Below are positions 36,953 to 44,417 of a DNA stretch of 64,000 nt, one piece after another. The position numbers were made by a program, and so were the translations under genes. The stretch is from NCBI GenBank assembly GCA_024233785.1, contig JACKPD010000011.1, forward strand, positions 5,002 through 69,001, written 5' to 3'. The notes below the pieces were generated by a model, which saw nothing but the letters and a program-made list of their open reading frames with translations, searched no databases and was not told the DNA's origin. This DNA comes from Spirochaetales bacterium. Its GTDB lineage: Bacteria; Spirochaetota; Spirochaetia; CADAEX01. Position 1 is the stretch's first letter. Every line of letters starts with the position of its first letter.

Positions 36953-37708
36953 TTACGGCTCATCAATAAAGGAATAAAGTTTATTGTAAAAGTCTGAAAA
37001 TCCGGTAACTGAAAAATCTGAAATTCCTGAAAAATTGTTTTTTGTCTGATAAGCGATAGTACCTGATTTGCCCATAACAGCAATATCTGTTGCAAGAAAA
37101 ATAGCTTCATGGATATCATGTGTTACAAATATAACTGTCAAATCAGTTTTTTCTTTAATTTCAAGGACAAGTTTATGGAGTTTTTTTCTTGTCTGGGCAT
37201 CGAGACTCCCGAATGGTTCATCCATCAGAAGAAGATCCGGTGATGTTGCAAGCGCCCTGGCAATTCCAGCTCTTTTTTTCATCCCTCCTGAAAGTCTGTG
37301 CGGGTAATAGTTTTCAAATCCTGTGAGATGTACCTTATTTATTATATCCAATGCAATCTTTTCTCTGCCGTTTATATTGGATAATCTCAAGGGCATTGAA
37401 ATATTCTCAATAACATTAAGCCATGGGAAAAGCTGATTATCGTCCTGAAATATTAAAATACGGCCTGCATCGGGATTTTTAAGTACTTTCCCGTCAAAAA
37501 GCACTTTACCGGCAGATGGAGGAACCAATGACGCGATAATTTTCAGGAGTGTAGTTTTTCCGCATCCAGAGGGACCAAGAATACAGAGTAGAGATTTTTT
37601 CTGAATATTGAAAGAAATGTTGTCTATGACTTTCCTGGGTTCCTTTATTCCCTGATTATCATCATTATATGAAAAATAAAGATTTTTAATTTCAAGATAA
37701 TCATTCAT
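36953..37708 (-). CDS. ABC transporter ATP-binding protein (NitT/TauT, SsuB/TauB-like)
   Basis: Walker A GPSGCGKTT, signature LSGGMKKR and Walker B LLLMDEPF. I prefer the ATG at 37708 (ATGA overlap with the permease stop); the ORF could start at 37723. Confidence 0.9.
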   Translation of the reverse strand: MNDYLEIKNLYFSYNDDNQGIKEPRKVIDNISFNIQKKSLLCILGPSGCGKTTLLKIIASLVPPSAGKVLFDGKVLKNPDAGRILIFQDDNQLFPWLNVIENISMPLRLSNINGREKIALDIINKVHLTGFENYYPHRLSGGMKKRAGIARALATSPDLLLMDEPFGSLDAQTRKKLHKLVLEIKEKTDLTVIFVTHDIHEAIFLATDIAVMGKSGTIAYQTKNNFSGISDFSVTGFSDFYNKLYSFIDEP

Positions 37709-38475
37709 ATGGACATTCCCCATTTTTTCACTGTTTTGTTTTCAAGAATGGTGAAAAAAACTTCTTCAGTCAGTATTCCTGCAACTACAATAACGAGAAG
37801 TCCTGCAAACAGCCCTGATGAATCCATAAAAACCCTTTTATTATATAAAAACCACCCGATGCCGCCTTTCCCTCCGGCAGCGCCAAAAAGCATTTCTGCA
37901 CTTATCAGTGCGCGCCATGATCTTGCAAATGCTATGCGTGAACCTGCAAGAAAATAGGGAAGAGATGCCGGAAGAGTAATTTTTAAAAATCTGTCCTTTT
38001 TCCCCATTGAATAATTATCTGCGACAAGAGTATATGTTGCCGGAATTGATCTATAGCCTGTATACAGGTTTGTAATCAGAGGCCAGATAACGGAATGAAG
38101 GACAATTATCAGTATTGATTCGATTCCTGTACCTACCCATAAAAGCAGTACTGGTAAAAGTGCTATTCCTGGAAGTGGATGGAAAACTGAAATTACAAAT
38201 TTTAGAAATGATTCAAATATTGCAGAGGAATGCGCTGCCATTACAGCTATCATGGCAAGAATAATACCTGCTGTAATACCAAAAGCAATAACTGCGAAAG
38301 AAAGTAAAAGCTGAATTGCAATACCTTCACTGGAAAATGCATGGAAAAGGGATTTTATTATTGATAATAGTGATGGATAGACTAGCGGTGAAAAATTCCC
38401 GGTAAGCCTTACTGTTTCCCATAGGACAATAAATAAACATACCCAGAGAAATTTTAACAGTATTGGCTTTTTCAT
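37705..38475 (-). CDS. ABC transporter permease (SsuC/TauC-like)
   Basis: Six TM helices and an EAA-like loop (ARSWRALISAEMLFGA). Confidence 0.85.
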   Translation of the reverse strand: MKKPILLKFLWVCLFIVLWETVRLTGNFSPLVYPSLLSIIKSLFHAFSSEGIAIQLLLSFAVIAFGITAGIILAMIAVMAAHSSAIFESFLKFVISVFHPLPGIALLPVLLLWVGTGIESILIIVLHSVIWPLITNLYTGYRSIPATYTLVADNYSMGKKDRFLKITLPASLPYFLAGSRIAFARSWRALISAEMLFGAAGGKGGIGWFLYNKRVFMDSSGLFAGLLVIVVAGILTEEVFFTILENKTVKKWGMSI

Positions 38476-39434
38476 TTATAATAAATACCGGTAAAATTTA
38501 TTTCAGGCTTAACATAACCGCTTTTTTTCATATAATCAATAAAAATATCAGTACCGTTTATTTCTGTAGAATATATAATATCGTCCCGTTTAATATATTC
38601 CAGTATTTCTTCCTTATCTGACTGATATTCCACTGACAGTATTTCAGCAGATCTATCCGGTTCATTTTTAATAATTTCCGATGCTTTTTTAATTGCATTA
38701 ATAATTGCTGCCACTGCTTCAGGACTTTTGGATGAGAAGCTGTCTGTTACTGTTCCGACAGCAAAGGTAAAATCACTGCCGGCCGCTTCCTTCCCGTTTA
38801 ATATCAGCCTGAACCCTGGTATTTTCAGTTCCTGCATAATAAAAGGGGGTGATGTAAAGTGGGCTGTAACATCTTTTTTCTGTAAAAGCGCATTCATTCC
38901 ATCAGGGTGCGCCATTGTAATAAGCATATTGTCGAAATAGCCGGCATTACCAAGGTGTTTTTCCGCCGCCATTGAAAGAAGCATATGCTGAATACTTCCG
39001 GGTTGTGGAAGTGCTATTCTGTCGTTGTCTGTAAAATCAGAAAGTGTTTTTATACTATCCTTCCATGTTACCAGCCCGACAGGCACAGAACTTAATCCTG
39101 TAAACATTTTCCATTTCATACCGTTGCTGTACCCGATTAAAAAAGGAGGGATTGCCATAAATCCGACATCAAGGTTTCCTGAAAGCATTGCTTCTCTTAT
39201 TGATGCTGTGTTTACGAGTTTTTCCCATTTTATTTCCCATCCGGGAAGTTCCTTATCAAGAATTTTGTCTGCCCTTATTATCTGAAGCGGGGCATAAGCA
39301 AGCCCGAACTGTTCCGCGATAACCAGTTTTTTATTGTCCCCGGTATCATTTTTTCCGCTGCATGAAACAATAAAAAGTATTCCGGAAAGCAAAAATAAAA
39401 ATATTATAGGCGGCAGTACTTTTTGCTTAAACAC
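38472..39434 (-). CDS. ABC substrate-binding lipoprotein (NMT1/SsuA-like)
   Basis: Lipobox FIVSCSG, and a periplasmic-binding pattern similar to the aliphatic-sulfonate/NMT1 family. It overlaps both neighbours. Confidence 0.7.
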   Translation of the reverse strand: MFKQKVLPPIIFLFLLSGILFIVSCSGKNDTGDNKKLVIAEQFGLAYAPLQIIRADKILDKELPGWEIKWEKLVNTASIREAMLSGNLDVGFMAIPPFLIGYSNGMKWKMFTGLSSVPVGLVTWKDSIKTLSDFTDNDRIALPQPGSIQHMLLSMAAEKHLGNAGYFDNMLITMAHPDGMNALLQKKDVTAHFTSPPFIMQELKIPGFRLILNGKEAAGSDFTFAVGTVTDSFSSKSPEAVAAIINAIKKASEIIKNEPDRSAEILSVEYQSDKEEILEYIKRDDIIYSTEINGTDIFIDYMKKSGYVKPEINFTGIYYK

Positions 39435-40716
39435 TAAAACGTCTCCTTGTTTTATAACTCAGTAAATTAAAATCACTGATTAAAAGATTTAATCCCTTAT
39501 CATCAATAATTTTCGTGTTATCAATAAACTGTTTGATAGAACTGTTTAGGGTATTTATATTACAATTTTTCAGTATTGCATATCCAGCTCTTTGTGTTGA
39601 ATTCGCAACAGGATTTATTTTTACATTGCTATTAATTATGAATTTTGCAGAAATAATATTGTTATCCTGTTCCGCATAGTCAGGAAATGACAGCTGCTTA
39701 ATCAGACCTGGTTTGGAAAAAAGGAGCAGGGTGGTGAAATATTCTCCGTTGAAAAATAATGCAGAGGGTTTTATTCCGCTGAATATTTTATCCGGAATTT
39801 TCTCTCCTAAAGAACCTTTAATTAATATTTCTGCAATATCTATTCCTGATGCATGAGGCATAAATTCATCTTCATACGCTCCCCCGAGCCTGCATGCTAT
39901 TTCGTTAACATATATCCCGTCCTTGCCTATCAGATATTGGAAATATATTGGTCCGTTTTCAATTTTGAAAGCTTTTATTATATTTTCTGTAAGCCTGATT
40001 ATCTCATCTTTGCGGGAAGAAACATAGGCTGAAGGATATTGATGTGATGAGCAAATACCTATAGAAGGTAAATTATTAAAAGTAACCCTGTCTGTCACAC
40101 TCAATATATACAGCCTGTTTTCTTTTACCCATCCGCTTAATGTTATCTCATCTGAATCATAATATTCTTCAAGAATAACAGAAGTTTCTCTTGAAAAAGA
40201 TAGCGCATACTCAATATTGGAAAGGACATCCTTACAGGTGTTTAATTTCATAACACCCCGCTGTCCCTGACTGTCAAGCGGTTTAAGGACAAAGGGAGGC
40301 TTGAGAACCTGAATATCAGTTTTTTTTGAATTTTTATCCAAAAGTATATAGTCGGCTGTTTTAATTTCTGCTGATTTAAAAACAGCTTTCATATATTTTT
40401 TGTTAGTCACCGCAAGTGCTTTTTCGGGTGTTAAAAACTGGGGAAGTGAAAGTTTATGTGCTATATATGCGCTTGTAAATACCGGCTGGTCAGTTCCGGC
40501 AGTAGCAACAGCATCAATTGAATTTTTTTCCGCAGCCTTTAGCGCTCCCTTATAGTCAAAAGTGCTGACTTTTTCGAACTTACTGCAGAATTTCCTTCCA
40601 GGCGCATCTGGATTTATATCTGCCAGAATTGTAAAAAGGCCCATGCTTTTTGATTTTTTAATAAGATTTATCTGGCTGCTGCCGCCGCCGAGTATTAATA
40701 TGGATTTTTTATCCAT
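39427..40716 (-). CDS. ATP-grasp domain protein (carboxylate-amine ligase-like)
   Basis: ILILGGGSSQINLIKKSK start, PFVLKPLDSQGQRG and ILEEYYDSDEITL. It is a paralogue of the gene at 4091-5740. Confidence 0.75.
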   Translation of the reverse strand: MDKKSILILGGGSSQINLIKKSKSMGLFTILADINPDAPGRKFCSKFEKVSTFDYKGALKAAEKNSIDAVATAGTDQPVFTSAYIAHKLSLPQFLTPEKALAVTNKKYMKAVFKSAEIKTADYILLDKNSKKTDIQVLKPPFVLKPLDSQGQRGVMKLNTCKDVLSNIEYALSFSRETSVILEEYYDSDEITLSGWVKENRLYILSVTDRVTFNNLPSIGICSSHQYPSAYVSSRKDEIIRLTENIIKAFKIENGPIYFQYLIGKDGIYVNEIACRLGGAYEDEFMPHASGIDIAEILIKGSLGEKIPDKIFSGIKPSALFFNGEYFTTLLLFSKPGLIKQLSFPDYAEQDNNIISAKFIINSNVKINPVANSTQRAGYAILKNCNINTLNSSIKQFIDNTKIIDDKGLNLLISDFNLLSYKTRRRFSV

Positions 40717-40721
40717 TTTAA

Positions 40722-41666
40722 TCAGTCCTTTACTCTTTCTGATAAGTTTACCGGAATTGTCTCTGATACTGATATTTTCCCCTCTCCAACGGTCAGTAAT
40801 TCCGGGGTTTTCCTCTTTTTCAATTTTCGGGAATTCTTTACTAGTTTTATTATACTGAAATAAAGTGAATCAGGGAGGGTATAATGCACAACAAGAAGAA
40901 AAAAAAGGCGTAAAAGCTTAAAGAGAGTGTATCTGCTGTTGGTAATCATGGCAGCATCAGTTTGCAATGTGTAAATACGGGGTTTTAATCTCAGCGCAAT
41001 TGCTGATATATAAATAAAATCTCTTTTTAAAGTGATAATTTTCTGTAGAAGGTCCCTGGAGAGAAGCCTGAAGCTGGTTATTTTGACGCCGAATGGTTTG
41101 CTGAAAAAAAGAAAGAAAAAAAGATCGTGTATTAATGATCCCAATGATCTTGTTATGGAATATATATTGCGGGATGAAGCAAATACTATAAAACATCCTC
41201 CGTCCCCCGGGATTTTACTGTCTGGGCTGGATCCTCCGTCCCCAAACCCGAACATTTGCGGTATATAATTGGGGTCGTGCTGCAAATCATCATCCATTGT
41301 GATTACTTTGCCGCCTTCAGAATATAACAGTCCGTAATAGGTTGCTTCCTGCTGGCCGCTGTTTTTAGAAAGGTGTATACCCTTAATCCTTTTATCCATA
41401 TTGTTAAGTAGTTTAATCTTTTCCCAGGTATTGTCTGTACTGCCGTCGTCTGTTATGAGAATTTCCCATTTATCAGTTATCCTATCAAGAACAGCAATAG
41501 TTTCCATACATGTTTTTTCAATTACAGAACTTCCGTTAAAAGATGGTATTACAACACTGAGTTCTGTGAAATCGCACTTATTATCCTGTTTTCCCGTCTC
41601 ATTGCTGCAGGCTTTATTCGGGTAACTCTCCTTGCCCGCATTGGTTTCTGTATTCATATATTCCAT
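40722..41666 (-). CDS. GT2 polyprenyl-phosphate glycosyltransferase (ArnC/GtrB/DPM1-like)
   Basis: LSVVIPSFNG, ILITDDGSTDNT, ITMDDDLQHDP (DxD/QxxP) and C-terminal TM helices. It contains two copies of the 10-mer. Confidence 0.85.
   Translation of the reverse strand: MEYMNTETNAGKESYPNKACSNETGKQDNKCDFTELSVVIPSFNGSSVIEKTCMETIAVLDRITDKWEILITDDGSTDNTWEKIKLLNNMDKRIKGIHLSKNSGQQEATYYGLLYSEGGKVITMDDDLQHDPNYIPQMFGFGDGGSSPDSKIPGDGGCFIVFASSRNIYSITRSLGSLIHDLFFFLFFSKPFGVKITSFRLLSRDLLQKIITLKRDFIYISAIALRLKPRIYTLQTDAAMITNSRYTLFKLLRLFFLLVVHYTLPDSLYFSIIKLVKNSRKLKKRKTPELLTVGEGKISVSETIPVNLSERVKD
41197..41206 (-). repeat. GGGACGGAGG word, copy 11
   Basis: Exact 10-mer on the minus strand, in sense orientation in the GT2 gene, read as GDGG. 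The extended match is GGGGACGGAGGAT. Confidence 0.9.
41233..41242 (-). repeat. GGGACGGAGG word, copy 12
   Basis: Exact 10-mer, 36 nt from copy 11 in the same frame, read as GDGG. The extended match is GGGGACGGAGGAT. Confidence 0.9.
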
Positions 41667-42004
41667 ACAATAATGCCCGCCGCAATTAAAATAATTCCCG
41701 ATGTTTTTTTTATGCTGAAATTTTCTTTGAAAAGGATTAATCCTGATATTGGAATAATTATTTGATTTAAAGCTGTTAAACTGAATGCTTTTGAAAGTTC
41801 AAGTGTCTCCAGCGCCTTAAAATAAAAAAGGGGAGCGGCTGCCGTAAAGAGTATTCCCGCCGTAAAAAAGGGATTGGCCAGACTTCCAATTACTTTTATA
41901 TAAGGTTTTTGAAGTTTAACTGTTAAAGCAAAATATTTAAAAATAAGATGCCCCGCCGCGGTAAAAATCACCATTGCCAGAGCAGAAAAATAACCGGCTG
42001 CCAA
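41654..42004 (-). CDS. small 4-TM EamA/SMR-like protein (ArnE/ArnF-type flippase subunit candidate)
   Basis: 116 aa with four hydrophobic helices, placed next to the ArnC-like GT2. Confidence 0.55.
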   Translation of the reverse strand: MAAGYFSALAMVIFTAAGHLIFKYFALTVKLQKPYIKVIGSLANPFFTAGILFTAAAPLFYFKALETLELSKAFSLTALNQIIIPISGLILFKENFSIKKTSGIILIAAGIIVWNI

Positions 42005-42005
42005 A

Positions 42006-42422
42006 TTACACTTCCTGTTTTTTTGTTTTTTTTACTTGTAATTCTGAACCGGACAGTACCAGCAGAACCCCCGCGGTTATCAGCAAAGAACCTGCCAGTT
42101 TACCTGGTGTGACATCTTCTGCGAATATTATTACTGAAAAAAATAGAATAAGTATATAATTTAAAGATAAAACAGGATAGGCAGTTGAAATATCTGATTT
42201 TTTAAGGATAAAAAACCATAAAGGGGCCCTTGAAATTAGAAAGCAATAACTTAAAATATGAAAAATATTAAGACCTGTTTTTACCGGTAATTCATATTCT
42301 GATGACTGAAGAGAACCGTATTTTGCTGATATTTGCCCTGCCGCCATAATTAATATATATAAAAAAAGCAATAAAAAGTATCTGTATTTCCGACTTTTTT
42401 GAAAATCATAGTGAATTATCAT
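42006..42422 (-). CDS. small 4-TM EamA/SMR-like protein (ArnE/ArnF-type flippase subunit candidate)
   Basis: 138 aa with four hydrophobic helices. It is the first gene of the minus-strand operon. Confidence 0.55.
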   Translation of the reverse strand: MIIHYDFQKSRKYRYFLLLFLYILIMAAGQISAKYGSLQSSEYELPVKTGLNIFHILSYCFLISRAPLWFFILKKSDISTAYPVLSLNYILILFFSVIIFAEDVTPGKLAGSLLITAGVLLVLSGSELQVKKTKKQEV

Positions 42423-42533
42423 GAAACCATTTTATCAGGAAATTCAAAACAATTACAGATTTCCCTATATTTATTTTGACATTATAATTACGCTTTGCTA
42501 AAATCAGTAAATTGTATTTAAGATGGAGAAAAT

Positions 42534-43541
42534 ATGAAAATTGCAGTAATATTCGGCGGGATGAGTTCAGAGCGGGATGTCTCGATTGCCAGCGGCGCTC
42601 AGATATTTAAGGCTCTTAAATATAAAAATCATGATGTTATTGCAGTAGATACCGCATCCGGAATTCTTGATAAAAAAGCTGAGTTGAGTTTTCTTGATGC
42701 AAAAGTAAAAGAGCTGCCGCCGGATTCAGACAAAAAAGCGCTTATGAAAGGGCTTGGAAGTCTTATCCGTTCAGGCGGACTGTCAGATTTTGATATCTGC
42801 TTTCTTGCTCTTCACGGAGGTGCGGGTGAAGACGGTACAATCCAGGGTTATCTTGATATCGAAGGGATACCCTATACAGGAAGCACACACATGCCATGCT
42901 GCTATGCGATGGATAAGCATGTAGCAAAAACCCTTTTCAGATACCATAATGTTCCTACACCGGACTGGCTTATGGCACCGGTCTCCGCAGAAGAAGCTGT
43001 GAAGAGGCTTGGGCTGCCGTTGGTTGTAAAACCTAACCGTGAAGGGTCAACTGTCGGCCTTTCCATTGTTAAATCAATTGATGAATTTGATAAGGCCGTT
43101 AAAACCGCATCTTATCACGACAGGGAAGTTCTTATTGAAAAATTTATCCCGGGAAGGGAACTTACAATCGGTGTTCTTGATGATATCCCTCTCGGGGTTG
43201 GCGAAATCATTCCAAAGATGTCTGAAATATTTGACTATAAATGCAAATATCAGAAGGGAGGGGCTGATGAAATATTCCCTGCTGACCTTACGGCTGAACA
43301 GACTCAATATGTTATGGATACAGCTGTAAAAGCTCATAAAGCCCTGAAAATGGAAGACTACAGCAGGGTAGACTTCAGGATGGCGCCTGACGGCAGCTTG
43401 TGGTGCCTTGAAGTCAATGCACTGCCTGGTATGACATCCTCGAGCCTGCTGCCTCAGTCTGCCGGGGTAATGAAAATCAGTTTTCCTGATCTTTGCGAAA
43501 AAATATGCATGCTTGCTGTTGAAAGAAGGAAGAAAGGATAG
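42534..43541 (+). CDS. ddl: D-alanine--D-alanine ligase
   Basis: MKIAVIFGGMSSERDVSIASG, LHGGAGEDGTIQG, LPLVVKPNREGSTVG and EVNALPGMT are present. Confidence 0.95.
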   Translation: MKIAVIFGGMSSERDVSIASGAQIFKALKYKNHDVIAVDTASGILDKKAELSFLDAKVKELPPDSDKKALMKGLGSLIRSGGLSDFDICFLALHGGAGEDGTIQGYLDIEGIPYTGSTHMPCCYAMDKHVAKTLFRYHNVPTPDWLMAPVSAEEAVKRLGLPLVVKPNREGSTVGLSIVKSIDEFDKAVKTASYHDREVLIEKFIPGRELTIGVLDDIPLGVGEIIPKMSEIFDYKCKYQKGGADEIFPADLTAEQTQYVMDTAVKAHKALKMEDYSRVDFRMAPDGSLWCLEVNALPGMTSSSLLPQSAGVMKISFPDLCEKICMLAVERRKKG

Positions 43542-43574
43542 GGACGTATACAGGGGTTATAATATCTGCAATTA

Positions 43575-44417
43575 TTAATTAGTTTTTTTCGAGAGCAGCA
43601 TTTCCCTGTTGTCTGTGAGATATTCAATAAACAGGTATTGAAGGCCTCCAAAAAAATCTCTTTCAAGAGCAGCACCCGGTTTTGTAATATATCTGTAATG
43701 CCAGGGTTCAAATTCATATCCGGTAATATTTTCATGTCCTTCAGGATATGAGAGTGAAAAACCGTACTTCCAGCTGTTTTCTTTTATCCATTTTCCTTCA
43801 TCCGTGTCCATGAAATCTTTTGTTATACTTCCGAAATCCATAGATGTTCCAAGCTGATGCTGCGAAGCTCCAGGCGGGGCGGAAAAACGGGCAGTCTCTT
43901 CTTCTCCGTAAATACCAATATAATAATTATAAAGGTTTTTCTGATAACTATAGGACCTGTATGCAGATGATATTACAATTTTAAGTCCTGCTTCTGATGC
44001 GTCTGATATCATTTCCTTCAGATCAGTCATGACAGTTTTTCTTATTTTCATCCCTTCCTTATTAAGCAGAAAACCTTCGTTATCAAGCGGTAAAAGATCT
44101 GAAGGTTCAAAATCTGCGTTTAAAAGATTTTTTTTATCAGCGGGAAAGAAAAGCTGGTTTTCTTTCCCGTCTGCCTTTTCCAAAGACAGAACTTCCGATA
44201 ACAGTGAGATGAAAGTTTTCTTGTCTTTAAGAATATTGTCTCTTATATCATCAGGCAGCTTATCTAAAGTTAAAAGAAATTCTTTCTCTGTTATTTTTAT
44301 ATCTCCGTCAATAAATAAATTTTCACTTTTTACGCAGGAAATAAAAACAACAAGCATGGAGATAAATAATATAAAGTAATTGATGCCTGAATACAAATTC
44401 CTGATGGATTTTTTCAA
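43575..44417 (-). CDS. M15B (VanY-type) D-alanyl-D-alanine carboxypeptidase
   Basis: SAYRSYSYQ, GASQHQLGTSMD and EPWHYRY are the zinc-ligand blocks of peptidase M15B. A signal/anchor sequence is present. Confidence 0.85.
   Translation of the reverse strand: MKKSIRNLYSGINYFILFISMLVVFISCVKSENLFIDGDIKITEKEFLLTLDKLPDDIRDNILKDKKTFISLLSEVLSLEKADGKENQLFFPADKKNLLNADFEPSDLLPLDNEGFLLNKEGMKIRKTVMTDLKEMISDASEAGLKIVISSAYRSYSYQKNLYNYYIGIYGEEETARFSAPPGASQHQLGTSMDFGSITKDFMDTDEGKWIKENSWKYGFSLSYPEGHENITGYEFEPWHYRYITKPGAALERDFFGGLQYLFIEYLTDNREMLLSKKTN

Noticed and set aside
682-41242. Explaining the GGGACGGAGG copies as a by-product of codon usage for Asp-Gly-Gly
   Set aside because: Only 5 of the 11 genic copies are read as DGG. 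The others are in different sense frames (GRR, GTE) or antisense (PPSP, SSVP), and one copy is intergenic. Also, two thirds of all ACGGAGG cores carry the exact GGG prefix. Codon bias may contribute (the ilvD copy sits in the conserved DGGLAVL block), but it cannot be the whole explanation. The idea still needs a proper codon-aware null model.
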